Part shown: positions 10,170 to 19,314 of the stretch, one piece after another
Layout: every line of letters begins with the position of its first letter
Position numbering within the stretch: position 1 is the first letter of the stretch
Virus record (IMG/VR): IMGVR_UViG_3300008255_001769
Location: 1-35,571 of that record
Direction: 5' to 3' (one strand)
Length of the DNA stretch: 35,571 nt
DNA from: a virus
Taxonomy: Duplodnaviria > Caudoviricetes
Made by a program: the position numbers and the translations under genes
Notes under the pieces: generated by a model
Told to the model about the DNA's origin: nothing
Databases searched by the model: none
Seen by the model: only the letters and a program-made list of their open reading frames with translations

Positions 10170-10755
10170 AAGGGTTTACTGCGCCCCCTTTAGAATTTTT
10201 TTCGAGGGCATCGAGAACATCCTTCATATTAATATTTTCATTTCGATTAACCTGAACATCCTTCATCTTCGTGGTATTTTTCGCCGCGAAGATAGCAAAC
10301 TGACCGGCATATTCACCGGTCACTCCGTTGTCGATATAAAACTCCTGAATGATGTCTTGGCACGCATCGTAGAATTCAGCAAACTCAGCGTGAGCCTTAG
10401 CCCATCGCTTCAAGGTTGCATGAGTAACTCCAATGGTCCTCGCAAATTCGGAGAAGTGGGGAGGTGGGTTAGGAATCTTTCGCTCCTTCTCAACCACTTC
10501 GCCATTCTTCCAAGTGATCGTGTCGTAGGAGATCCGGGCTTTTTCCTTTGAGCAGAACCAGTCATACATCTGCTTTCCCACTTCAGGCGAATATTCTCCT
10601 TTCTGTACAACTTCAACAGAGTGTGGCGTAATATTTAGAAGTTCAACATTAGAATTTTCCGCCGGATTTTTAGAGACCGGGACCGGATCGTTTTGAAGTT
10701 CACTAGAGAAAGGGACCCCCGGGGGGAAATTTAAAAACGACGAGCGTCTTGCCAT
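10156..10755 (-). CDS. terS: Terminase small subunit, P22 gp3-like (start uncertain: 10755, 10812 or 10890)
   Basis: HTH (FARTIGVTHATLKRWAKAHAEF) followed by GVTGEYAGQFAIFAAKN. Overlaps the terL start. Confidence 0.75.
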   Translation of the reverse strand: MARRSSFLNFPPGVPFSSELQNDPVPVSKNPAENSNVELLNITPHSVEVVQKGEYSPEVGKQMYDWFCSKEKARISYDTITWKNGEVVEKERKIPNPPPHFSEFARTIGVTHATLKRWAKAHAEFAEFYDACQDIIQEFYIDNGVTGEYAGQFAIFAAKNTTKMKDVQVNRNENINMKDVLDALEKNSKGGAVNPYDGI

Positions 10756-11104
10756 GCCACCGGTAGTGGGGGGTCTGTTTTCTGCTCGAGGTTTAAGGGT
10801 GTAAGTATCCATAAGATCGCGCGCGCGTAAGATATGTATATATAATACGTCTATGCTTGACGTTTGCATATACCTATTGTGTTTTGACATCTACTAGCTC
10901 AGCAACAGCCGGCGCAAGGCCTCAGATCCTAGAACCTGGAACCCTCACAGCTCAAGGCAAGGCTAAAGGCTGGGATGTTGTATAGAATAACGAATCAAGA
11001 AAACAGCTTTTTATAGTAAAAAGGATCAATAAAGCATTTTCGGAGGCTCTATATGCCCTTTTAAGGCCTCTTAAAAATACAACTTGATATAAAGTACCTT
11101 TAAA

Positions 11105-11187
11105 AATACAACAAAAGGCCGTTTTTGTTGTATTAGATAGTGACGACTAGATTGACATGAACATGCTCTATCACTATCTAATACAAC
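11105..11187. repeat. Two overlapping inverted repeats (12 bp: 11105-11116/11123-11134; 17 bp: 11127-11143/11171-11187)
   Basis: aatacaacaaaa/ttttgttgtatt and gttgtattagatagtga/tcactatctaatacaac are exact reverse complements. Confidence 0.9.
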
Positions 11188-11376
11188 TTAAAATCTTAAA
11201 TAAAGCATATTTAAAGCCCTATTTTCTTATGTTGTATTGTTTTGATAGTCTGAAACGCCTTTTTTGAAAAAGTATTCTAAATCAATATTTACATAAAACT
11301 ATATATTCATATTTCTTTTCTATACGCTATATATAAATGATAAATCAACTTTAAAAATACAACTTTAAATAATATC

Positions 11377-11503
11377 CTTATAAATCGTTGTCTTTTTAAT
11401 ACATCAATATCAAATCACTATTTAATACAACCTAGCTTAAAAGCTCTTATAAATCGTTGTCTTTTTAATACATCAATATCAAATCACTATTTAATACAAC
11501 CTA
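11377..11503. repeat. Exact 58-bp direct repeat, 2 copies (11377-11434, 11446-11503), 11-bp spacer
   Basis: cttataaatcgttgtctttttaatacatcaatatcaaatcactatttaatacaaccta occurs twice. Confidence 0.95.
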
Positions 11504-11604
11504 TCGCAAAGCCTCAAGAGATCCGGACCGGCTCAAATGATCCCTTTTTATACCCTCAAAAGATCATGAAAAAATCATGACATACAACTGACGAGCTTTA
11601 AGAG

Positions 11605-11613
11605 TTATCCACA
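11605..11613 (+). promoter_or_regulatory. Perfect DnaA box
   Basis: TTATCCACA within the AT-rich intergenic region. Confidence 0.55.
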
Positions 11614-11674
11614 GCCTCAAAGAATACGGCTTAATTAAAGGATAAAAACACAGCTTAAAAGATCTTAAAATTGA

Positions 11675-11704
11675 TTGACATAAACATGACATATAACGTA
11701 TACT
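11675..11704 (+). promoter_or_regulatory. Sigma70-type early promoter with embedded direct-repeat operator
   Basis: TTGACA-18 nt-TATACT, with a second ATGACA 11 bp after the first repeat. Confidence 0.8.
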
Positions 11705-11734
11705 CTATATGTTACTAGATAATAAAAAACAACT

Positions 11735-11893
11735 ATGGATCACATAGGCAAAAGCAGATGGAGGATTGAACGAGAAGCGGAGAAGCGCGCGGAGCGCATC
11801 AAGACCGCCGCCGCTCTTTTCTTCTTGATCGTCGCTTTCATGTTTGCGGCTCATTATGACGCGCAACTGCTAGCGGCTGGGCTCATTCATTAA
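11735..11893 (+). CDS. Small membrane protein, first early gene (52 aa; not in ORF track)
   Basis: MDHIGKSRWRIEREAEKRAERIKTAAALFFLIVAFMFAAHYDAQLLAAGLIH, with an A-rich leader right after the promoter. Confidence 0.65.
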   Translation: MDHIGKSRWRIEREAEKRAERIKTAAALFFLIVAFMFAAHYDAQLLAAGLIH

Positions 11894-11950
11894 TTAAAAA
11901 AGTTTCTAAAGATCCCTGGGAACCGGCCACAGGCTAAACACCGGCAACAA

Positions 11951-12409
11951 ATGACAACAAAAGAATTTATAGCAAAGTGTGTACAAGGAAGAGAAGGAGA
12001 ACCGCGCGGAGGCTGGAAGATGGTTTCAAGCGTCGGATGGGACGGCGAACATGTCTACAGCTACGGTTATCATTATCCCCTATTGATTCAGATCAAGACG
12101 GAGCGCGGCCCCGTTTGGATCCTCAATGATAGCGGCTACAGCTCAACAACTGGCCGTCACATTCACTGGGCGCGCGATTACGCGGATTATAGCGTATCAG
12201 TACCGCGCGGCGCATCCGGATCGGTTAAGATGGCCGCCGGCATGATCGAAGCGGCGGAGATGGATATCAAGGACCAGGAAGAGACAATCAAAGCGGCAAA
12301 GGAGCGCGCGGAGCTAAGGCCGCGCTATTCGAGCACGTACATGAAAACGGCCGCAAGAGCAGAAGAGCGCATCCAGCAATTAAAGGCCCTTATTAATGCG
12401 ATCAAATAA
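11951..12409 (+). CDS. Hypothetical early protein
   Basis: 152 aa, VYSYGYHYPL...YSSTTGRH pattern and a C-terminal coiled coil. Confidence 0.7.
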   Translation: MTTKEFIAKCVQGREGEPRGGWKMVSSVGWDGEHVYSYGYHYPLLIQIKTERGPVWILNDSGYSSTTGRHIHWARDYADYSVSVPRGASGSVKMAAGMIEAAEMDIKDQEETIKAAKERAELRPRYSSTYMKTAARAEERIQQLKALINAIK

Positions 12410-12410
12410 C

Positions 12411-13154
12411 ATGCAAAAGATCATCAACCCTGGGACCGCGCCGGCATACAACCGCGCCGGCCGTGAAATTGATTCGGAGATCTTTTGCAAGATCGAGATC
12501 AAAGAAGGCCGGCTCAGTATATCCGGAGTGATCGGACCTTTACCTAGCGGAGACGCGCGCGGATCATGCGGACAAATTGACGAGACGTTAAAAGAAGAGC
12601 TCAACGCCGGCCGGCTTAAACTGGCCGCCGGCTGGGATCTTGTGACGTTTCAAAAGTTCCTGGAAGTGTGGGACAAATGGCATTTAAACGATATGCGCGC
12701 CGCGTGTGAACATCAACGCGCCGCCGGCTGGCAAGAGATCGCGCGCGAACGCGTGAAAATCTACACCTGGACATTAAAGCCGGAGTATATCGACCAGCAA
12801 AAGGCCCTGGAAGCGGAAGCCGTCGAGCGCATGACATCAACCGGCCGCGCCGTCGAGACTTTCAAGGCGGAAGAGGCGCGCATCGTTAAATTGCCTTATT
12901 CGATCAAAACAACCGCGCCGGAGCTTGCCGGCTGGGATCTTAAATACTATCAGCCGGCGCGATCCGGACACATCGAAGAGAAGGCGCGCGGCTGGCTCAG
13001 TGTAGACGAGGACGAGCGCGGCATATTGTCGAAGCCTTGCGAAGTGTGCGGCTATAAGTATGGCTCAAGCTGGCTTAAAGAAGAATTGCCGCCGGAGGTT
13101 ATCGAGTTTATTGGAAGCTTGCCGGAGACCAGCAAAACGCCGGCCTGGGTATAA
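12411..13154 (+). CDS. Hypothetical early protein, possibly Zn-binding
   Basis: LSISG...SCGQI, WDKWHLNDMRAACEHQ and CEVCGYKYGSSW. ATG 12411 lies 1 nt after the upstream stop. Confidence 0.7.
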   Translation: MQKIINPGTAPAYNRAGREIDSEIFCKIEIKEGRLSISGVIGPLPSGDARGSCGQIDETLKEELNAGRLKLAAGWDLVTFQKFLEVWDKWHLNDMRAACEHQRAAGWQEIARERVKIYTWTLKPEYIDQQKALEAEAVERMTSTGRAVETFKAEEARIVKLPYSIKTTAPELAGWDLKYYQPARSGHIEEKARGWLSVDEDERGILSKPCEVCGYKYGSSWLKEELPPEVIEFIGSLPETSKTPAWV

Positions 13155-13164
13155 CTTAAAAAAC

Positions 13165-13347
13165 ATGGATAAAAATCAAAAAATAACAACACAAGAAGAG
13201 GCGCGGCAATACGCGATCGACTGGCAAAACTGGCAAGCGGAGCAGAGCCTTTCTTATGGGGAATTAATAGAATGGCAAGAGAAATTTTCGAAGCTTGCGG
13301 AGGAGTTCGACTTAGTAGAAGAGTTCAAGGAGAACGGCATAATCTAA
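13165..13347 (+). CDS. Small acidic hypothetical protein (60 aa)
   Basis: MDKNQK...ARQYAIDWQ...SYGEL...EFKENGII with an A-rich leader. Confidence 0.7.
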   Translation: MDKNQKITTQEEARQYAIDWQNWQAEQSLSYGELIEWQEKFSKLAEEFDLVEEFKENGII

Positions 13348-13354
13348 AAATCAA

Positions 13355-14251
13355 ATGACTACAACAACAAAAGAACCGGCGGAGATCCTGGCCGCTCAAA
13401 AGGCCCTGGAGGCCTGGGAAGAAGTACAGGACGCGCGGAGATCATACGAGCATGAATCCTGGCATTGTGAGAACGTGAAAAGATACGGCCGCGAGGATCA
13501 GTTTGATCGTGAGGATATCGAGCAGTACGTTAGAAATGAGATCAAGACACTTAAAGGCGGCGCGATCGGAGACTTAAAGAGGCGCGCGCTTATCGAGTAC
13601 GGTATACGTTACATGGAGAATGAGCACAATTACTACGGATGGCTCGAGCAAGAATGGGATCAGCTCAACTATGAGATATCGGATATCGTCGAGCTTGGGA
13701 TGCGAGAAAAACCTTTCTCAAGGATCAAGGATACTTATATTAAAAATAAAAGGATCCTTTCACTTGGTAGATCCGGAGGCTGGGCTTGTTTTCAGATGAC
13801 CGGAGACGCGGAAGAGCTCGAGAATCTACTCGAGGAATACAAGGATGACCGCGCGCCTGATACCCTGGACCGGATCAAAGAGGCTACAAAGGAGCTCGAG
13901 GAGACCATGAAAGAGATCGCGGACATTAAGGCCTTTATTAAAAAGTTTAATGATGGCCTGAGCTACCGCGACGAGGTGAAATATAGGATCGAGGAGCAAG
14001 CTGGCGAGATCGGCGAGATCGCGGCCCTGGCTTGCTATGACACCGGACCGGATAGCACCGTTGACCGGTACACGGTTATTGTCGACGGCGAGGCCTACGG
14101 CATGAGCGAGGATGCGCTTTCACCGGCCGGCTTTAATCAGTACATAGGAAACGCCGGCAAGCTTGCGATCGATGCGCTAGGAGCTCGGATTGATTGGGAA
14201 AAGTTACCGGAGGATGTAAAGACGGCGGCCGCTCGACGAGTGATCGTATAG
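13355..14251 (+). CDS. Hypothetical early protein, probably two domains
   Basis: 298 aa. GRSGGW motif and a distinct C-terminal YDTG...DRYTV...GMS...P.GF.Q...LG.RI....LP module. Confidence 0.7.
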   Translation: MTTTTKEPAEILAAQKALEAWEEVQDARRSYEHESWHCENVKRYGREDQFDREDIEQYVRNEIKTLKGGAIGDLKRRALIEYGIRYMENEHNYYGWLEQEWDQLNYEISDIVELGMREKPFSRIKDTYIKNKRILSLGRSGGWACFQMTGDAEELENLLEEYKDDRAPDTLDRIKEATKELEETMKEIADIKAFIKKFNDGLSYRDEVKYRIEEQAGEIGEIAALACYDTGPDSTVDRYTVIVDGEAYGMSEDALSPAGFNQYIGNAGKLAIDALGARIDWEKLPEDVKTAAARRVIV

Positions 14252-14255
14252 GAGG

Positions 14256-14341
14256 CCTGGCCGGCTCTTGAACCGCTACAGGATCGCGCGATGTGATCCA
14301 CGCGCGAGAATTCGAGAGCCGGACCAGGGATCTTATCCCTG
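14256..14341 (+). other. Long intergenic stem-loop with overlapping downstream hairpin
   Basis: cctggccggctcttgaa pairs with ttcgagagccggaccagg; cagggat-ctt-atccctg overlaps its 3' end. Confidence 0.65.
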
Positions 14342-14366
14342 ATCATTAAAAGATAAAAATAAAATC

Positions 14367-14549
14367 ATGATCATAGAAAAAACAGAATCCGGCCACTACG
14401 TCGCGAGGCAAGGCGGCCGTGAGTTTCTTGGATACAGCTCATACGAGGCGGCTTGCCGTGCGATTGACCACGTTTTCAAGTATAGGAAGCCGGAGGCCTG
14501 GACCATGCGCGGAGCTATCGCAAGGATCAAGCGAGTTATAGAATTCTAG
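14367..14549 (+). CDS. Hypothetical protein
   Basis: 60-aa ORF with an A-rich leader. Confidence 0.55.
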   Translation: MIIEKTESGHYVARQGGREFLGYSSYEAACRAIDHVFKYRKPEAWTMRGAIARIKRVIEF

Positions 14550-14552
14550 TAT

Positions 14553-14735
14553 ATGGCTCATAAGTTCGGAGAGAAAAAGAGGCGCGGCATCTACGAGGTT
14601 TATCCTTACACCTGGAAGGAGCTACAAATGCGCAAGAGAGAACGCAAACAATTAATAATTGCTATAATAGCTTTAATAGTGATCGAGGCTAGTGTATACG
14701 TGAGCTCGAAGGCTATCGCATCACTTCTAAATTAA
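14553..14735 (+). CDS. Small basic membrane protein
   Basis: Basic N-terminus plus hydrophobic segment LIIAIIALIVI. Confidence 0.55.
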   Translation: MAHKFGEKKRRGIYEVYPYTWKELQMRKRERKQLIIAIIALIVIEASVYVSSKAIASLLN

Positions 14736-14739
14736 AATC

Positions 14740-15012
14740 ATGGCCTTTCAAACAGCCGGCGAGGACCGGCAAGAATCAGAAGAAGGATCCGGTTTACCTA
14801 AACGCTGGGAAAATCTAACAGATAAATGTTGTCCGGCATGTTCGGAGCCGTTGATCGAGTTCGAGCATTTGAATTTATGGAAGTGTACATGCGGCTTTAA
14901 GATCGGCGCGTACAAGCTCGATCAGATTGTCGCGGACCTGGAGCGCGGCGAGGAGTTCGGAGGATCGCGAGGCTACGGCTTCAGTGAATATCAAGATGAT
15001 CAACCTTTTTAA
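14740..15012 (+). CDS. Zn-ribbon protein
   Basis: CPAC...CTCGF. Confidence 0.6.
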   Translation: MAFQTAGEDRQESEEGSGLPKRWENLTDKCCPACSEPLIEFEHLNLWKCTCGFKIGAYKLDQIVADLERGEEFGGSRGYGFSEYQDDQPF

Positions 15013-15448
15013 ACAATTCGGCGCGATCTATATCGCGCATTTTTTACTGCTACTTGTAGCCCTTTCTCCGCTTATACCGGCGAGAATTGAAATTCATTTA
15101 AACACTTCCCAGGCCGAGATGAGTTCCCCGGCCGCAAGCGACCTCTCCCACGCGGTTGCTACCACTACCAGGGCGATTGTGACAGCCTACAGCGAGATCG
15201 ATTCGTGCCACTACGAAGGATGTATCATGGCAAATGGCGAACCAGCCTCTCCGGGCTTCGTAGCGTGTCCTCGAGCCATCGACTTCGGGACAAAAGTGGT
15301 GATAAAAGGTGAGGTTTATGAGTGTGGAGACCGGACTGCTCTAAGATATGATGGACGTTTCGATATATTTATTGGATATGGAGATGAGGCCCACGCCGAG
15401 GCACTCGAATTTGGATTGAAGGAACTCAGTGTTCATGTCTTAAAATAG
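14996..15448 (+). CDS. 3D-domain (MltA-like) cell-wall protein with N-terminal signal/TM segment
   Basis: VTAYS...MANG...VACPRAIDFGTKVVI...GDRTA...RFDIF, with a hydrophobic N-terminus from ATG 14996. Confidence 0.8.
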   Translation: MINLFKQFGAIYIAHFLLLLVALSPLIPARIEIHLNTSQAEMSSPAASDLSHAVATTTRAIVTAYSEIDSCHYEGCIMANGEPASPGFVACPRAIDFGTKVVIKGEVYECGDRTALRYDGRFDIFIGYGDEAHAEALEFGLKELSVHVLK

Positions 15449-15477
15449 TTTTCCACAGTTATCCCCACCGTTGAGCT

Positions 15478-15507
15478 TTGACTTGAAGATGACGCGCGAG
15501 TTATTAT
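15478..15507 (+). promoter_or_regulatory. Sigma70-type promoter for the primase operon with the same operator layout
   Basis: TTGACT-tgaag-ATGACG-cgcgagt-TATTAT, preceded by TTTTCCACA (15449) and TTATCCCCA (15459). Confidence 0.65.
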
Positions 15508-15554
15508 GAAAGGAACGTGAAGAGAATACGAAAAAACAACACGACTAGCTTGCC

Positions 15555-17942
15555 ATGCTCAATCTTACAAAACAAAATTTAGAACTATCTTCTAAGACAA
15601 AAAAATTTCTCGAGCATTTTCCCGGAACACTTTTTGCATACATCCCGGATCACAATGACAAGATGCCTATTCTCCATTCGGAGATCCTCGACCTGAATCG
15701 TCAGAGCGATGGATACGGCATCTTTTTTACTGTAAACGGCTTTGCCGGAGGTAAGCGAACCGGAGAAAACCTCACAAATGTGAACGGCTTTTTCGCGGAC
15801 ATTGACTACCCCGACAAGTTAAATAAAACGAAGGAGGCGATCCATTCTTACAAAAACGAGATTTTGATGGAGCTCTATGAGGAAGGCACTACGCCGACCG
15901 CGATCGTCGAGACGAAGAACGGTTTGCATGTGTACTGGCTACTTGAACAGCCGATCTTTTTGAACCAGCTCAACCCCGAGCAACAGGAGAGATTAAAAAT
16001 AGGCTTCCGCGATATCGAAGAAGGGATCTTGAAACGCTTTGATGGAGATCCCGGCGCGAAGGACCTTGCTCGAGTGCTACGTGTACCTGATACCTTCCAT
16101 CAAAAAGATCCCCAGGATCCCTTTTTAATAAAGCTGGCTTTCTATGCGCCGGACAACGTTTACAAATACTCAGAGCTCCAGGAAACTTTCTTGAAGAAGA
16201 GCGCGCCGGATGGATGGGCCGTGGCAAACGGAGAGAACCCGATCAGTGAGGATGTGAAGGAGGGAATCGAGAAGCTTTACCCTAAGCTCGAGCGACCAAG
16301 CTACAAAAAACTTTTCTCCAAAGAAGAAGGATCTGTACCTGAGGGGATGCGAAACAAAGCTCTTCTTGTTGCGGCCTATGCGGCAAAGGAGGCCGGCTGG
16401 ACTTTCGACAAAACATGCGAGCATTTCAACGAGTTCCACGGCCTCGGGCTTCGCGAGATCAGAAAGACAATCCGCTCAGCTTTTGAGCATCAGTATGACT
16501 TCGGCTACAACAACGAGGTGATGCAGAAAGTTGTGCCGCCTGAGGAGCGCGCGGAGCTTTCTAAGGTAACTTCAAAAGTGCTGGCCGTATCGACAAAGGA
16601 ACAGCGCGAGCTCTCGAACTTTGCTCAGAAGGAGAAGTACGCAACCTATGAATATATTTTTGCGGATCGGTATCCCAATTTGAAGTACAAGAATCGAGGT
16701 GACTTCTATGATTACGTGGACGGTGTATATAAGCCTCTTCAAATCAACGAGGTCCAATCTCTCTTCTTGAAGGAGATGTTTACCGACGGTCTTTTTAATT
16801 ACAGAAAGCTCTCGGCGGTAAATGACAAGATTGCGTGTTTCAAGTCTTTGCCTGGCCGGTCCTTTCATCACGAAGATGAGAACCCGGATCCGAACATTAT
16901 TAACTTTAAGAACGGTTTACTAAATATAGAAACTTATGAACTCAAAGCACACACACCAGATTATCTTTCGACCTCGCAAGTACCTGTTGAATACGATCGC
17001 CAAGCTCGCGCGCCTCAATGGTTTAAATTCATTAACGACATCACAGACGGAGATGCTGATCAAGGCCGCCTACTCCAACAAATCGCTGGATATACTCTCA
17101 CAAATGATACGCGATATGCGAAAGCCTTTATCTTCTTCGGATCCGGAGCCAACGGAAAATCCCTCTTCACAAGAATCATCTCCCGACTTATCGGCCGAGA
17201 ATATGTCTCCTCTCTCAACCTCTCAACCATCACAAAACAGTTCGGGCTTACCGGGCTCATTGGAAAAAAACTAAACCTGATCGACGAGATCTCCGGCAAC
17301 TACTTCGAATCGAACGTGATCAAGAATCTGATCTCCGGAGAGAAGATGGCGGCCGATGTGAAGTTCCGCCCGGAGCCGATCGAATTTACCCCGATCGCGA
17401 AGATCATCTTCTCAGTGAACGAGCTCCCAAAGATCAATGACACTACTCCCGGTCTCTATCGCCGCTTCATTATTGTGCCGTTTGAAAGAACCTTCATCGC
17501 AAATCCGGATCTCGATCTTGAATCAAAGCTCGTTACTGAGCTTCCCGGCATTTTGAATTGGGCCGTCGAAGGTCTCAAGAGTTTGCGCGCGGCCGGACGC
17601 TTCAGTGAGACGGACAAAAACATCGAAGCTCTCTATTCATTTAAGATCGAAAACTCTCCCCTTCTCGAGTTCCTCACCACAACTTATGAAGCGGTGGCTG
17701 AAAGTGAATCACATAAATACGCTGTACCGTTCACTGAGTTTTATTCTCAATATAGAGCTCACTGCTTGGAATCAGGATACAAACCAAAGGCTGTCGCAAA
17801 CTTTACTCGAGAGCTTTCTCACACCGTACTCCCTGGCTGGAAGGTCGAACGCTTTAAAGAAGGATCTGCTGTGATGATTAAAGGTGTTCGAAAGATCAGA
17901 AGTCTCGGTGGAGATCCAATCGTTTATCCAAAACCGATATGA
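15555..17942 (+). CDS. Primase-helicase: RepB-type AEP primase plus D5_N plus SF3 helicase (P4 family)
   Basis: FADID, VETKNGLHVYW, ARVLRVP; INFKNGLL...HTPDYLST; Walker A GSGANGKS; LIDE; FSVNELP; RRFIIVPF. Confidence 0.92.
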   Translation: MLNLTKQNLELSSKTKKFLEHFPGTLFAYIPDHNDKMPILHSEILDLNRQSDGYGIFFTVNGFAGGKRTGENLTNVNGFFADIDYPDKLNKTKEAIHSYKNEILMELYEEGTTPTAIVETKNGLHVYWLLEQPIFLNQLNPEQQERLKIGFRDIEEGILKRFDGDPGAKDLARVLRVPDTFHQKDPQDPFLIKLAFYAPDNVYKYSELQETFLKKSAPDGWAVANGENPISEDVKEGIEKLYPKLERPSYKKLFSKEEGSVPEGMRNKALLVAAYAAKEAGWTFDKTCEHFNEFHGLGLREIRKTIRSAFEHQYDFGYNNEVMQKVVPPEERAELSKVTSKVLAVSTKEQRELSNFAQKEKYATYEYIFADRYPNLKYKNRGDFYDYVDGVYKPLQINEVQSLFLKEMFTDGLFNYRKLSAVNDKIACFKSLPGRSFHHEDENPDPNIINFKNGLLNIETYELKAHTPDYLSTSQVPVEYDRQARAPQWFKFINDITDGDADQGRLLQQIAGYTLTNDTRYAKAFIFFGSGANGKSLFTRIISRLIGREYVSSLNLSTITKQFGLTGLIGKKLNLIDEISGNYFESNVIKNLISGEKMAADVKFRPEPIEFTPIAKIIFSVNELPKINDTTPGLYRRFIIVPFERTFIANPDLDLESKLVTELPGILNWAVEGLKSLRAAGRFSETDKNIEALYSFKIENSPLLEFLTTTYEAVAESESHKYAVPFTEFYSQYRAHCLESGYKPKAVANFTRELSHTVLPGWKVERFKEGSAVMIKGVRKIRSLGGDPIVYPKPI

Positions 17943-18325
17943 GTAAATTTGACCAAATAAAATTGGAAGCACTGATCAGGGCCATCCAAGAAAATACCGT
18001 GAAGCTATTAGATCCAAAGTTTAAGAAAACTTTGACGGCCGCAACCTACGCGCGCCGGGCTTCAGAGATCAATGAGATGCGATCTTCAGTGATTGGCCGG
18101 CTTCTGAAGATGGATCGATCTCTCCCTGAGTTCTTCCCTATCGGATCCTTAGTGGAGTACAAGCCTCCCGATGACCCCGAAAGCTGGAAGGCTTCTCCGG
18201 TGCAACACGGAAAAGTTCACAGCTACCTGGCCCGATGGATCCTTCTCGAGATCCCCGGCCAAGAAGGACTGCTCCAGGTCGACCCGAGATGCTTAACACT
18301 AAGGTTTATAAGAAAAAATTTATGA
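17939..18325 (+). CDS. Hypothetical protein
   Basis: ATGA overlap with the primase stop. Confidence 0.65.
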   Translation: MSKFDQIKLEALIRAIQENTVKLLDPKFKKTLTAATYARRASEINEMRSSVIGRLLKMDRSLPEFFPIGSLVEYKPPDDPESWKASPVQHGKVHSYLARWILLEIPGQEGLLQVDPRCLTLRFIRKNL

Positions 18326-18912
18326 GATACGATCCAAACAAAACAAGCGAAAGATTGAAAGGAGTACCGGTACAAGACAGGGTGTTCATTTACAACGCGG
18401 CAATCATCATCGAGTTTCTAAATAACACGCTGATGCCGACGGCCTACTTCCTGAAGCCTGAAGAGCTCCACAAGATCGGTCCCGGCCAGGACTTTAAGCC
18501 TGAACACATGAAGGATCCAAAAGATCTCAATGAGTTCGCCTTCAGTCTTGGAGATCTCTACGGATTCTATAAACTCTATCGCCAGCAGAAGGATTACACC
18601 GCGCCGATCGAGAGCCGGTACAAATTCTCAGTGATCTTGAAGAAGCTCTCGCTTCACAAGAACGGCTGGAAGTTCAACACGAAGAGAGTGGGTCGAGCTC
18701 AGATCGTGTACTTCTCTCCAGCTCTGCTTCGGGCAAAGGTAGATCCGGAGATCAAGAAGATGTGGCCTCCCGGCCAAACAAATATCTTGGAGGGTCAAGT
18801 AGAGGTCTCTCCAAAAGATATGTCGGAGGACCGATTCGTGGAAGCTGGGGCTGGTTTCGAGATCGAAGAGCCCTTGATCCCGACACCGGATCATCCGGCG
18901 GACGGATTCTAA
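18322..18912 (+). CDS. Hypothetical protein, possible winged helix
   Basis: ATGA overlap at 18322. LYGFYKLY...SRYKFSVILKK resembles D5 C-terminal wHTH patterns. Confidence 0.6.
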   Translation: MRYDPNKTSERLKGVPVQDRVFIYNAAIIIEFLNNTLMPTAYFLKPEELHKIGPGQDFKPEHMKDPKDLNEFAFSLGDLYGFYKLYRQQKDYTAPIESRYKFSVILKKLSLHKNGWKFNTKRVGRAQIVYFSPALLRAKVDPEIKKMWPPGQTNILEGQVEVSPKDMSEDRFVEAGAGFEIEEPLIPTPDHPADGF

Positions 18913-18916
18913 AAGT

Positions 18917-19011
18917 TTGAGTGCTCCGTTTCCTGGTCCTGATACTTCAGGGATCCAGGCTGGCAAGCCCCGGATGTTCCGGGAGCCAGGACCAGGAAAC
19001 GGAGCACTCAA
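18917..19011. repeat. Perfect 25-bp inverted repeat closing a 95-nt rod-like hairpin
   Basis: TTGAGTGCTCCGTTTCCTGGTCCTG (18917-18941) / CAGGACCAGGAAACGGAGCACTCAA (18987-19011). Confidence 0.95.
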
Positions 19012-19043
19012 GCTCCGAACATTATCAGCTAATAGAAACTTAG

Positions 19044-19283
19044 ATGGCTAAAAAATCATCGAAGAAGAAGGCATCAAAGAAAAGAGATCGTGGATACGGA
19101 ATGATCAAGGTTCCTACGCGCTCGAAGCTTTGCTGGCTCTCGCATGAGAACAAGCACGGTTGGAGCTTGGGTCTTGCGCTCAGTAACCGCACAATCTGGT
19201 TGAAGAACGTTCGTTTCTCTTCTCAAAAGGAAGTTACGCGCGCGATCAGCTCGTCTGTCGTGTTCACTGAAAAGAAAAAATAA
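19044..19283 (+). CDS. Small highly basic hypothetical protein
   Basis: Lys/Arg-rich 79 aa. Confidence 0.6.
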   Translation: MAKKSSKKKASKKRDRGYGMIKVPTRSKLCWLSHENKHGWSLGLALSNRTIWLKNVRFSSQKEVTRAISSSVVFTEKKK

Positions 19284-19314
19284 TTACTAGGTGAGTTAAG
19301 AAATTAAATTGTTT

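Noticed and set aside
11377-11503. Possible CRISPR mini-array
   Set aside because: Only two 58-bp copies with an 11-bp spacer. The sizes do not fit and there is no cas operon; the Cas4-like nuclease sits in a recombination context.
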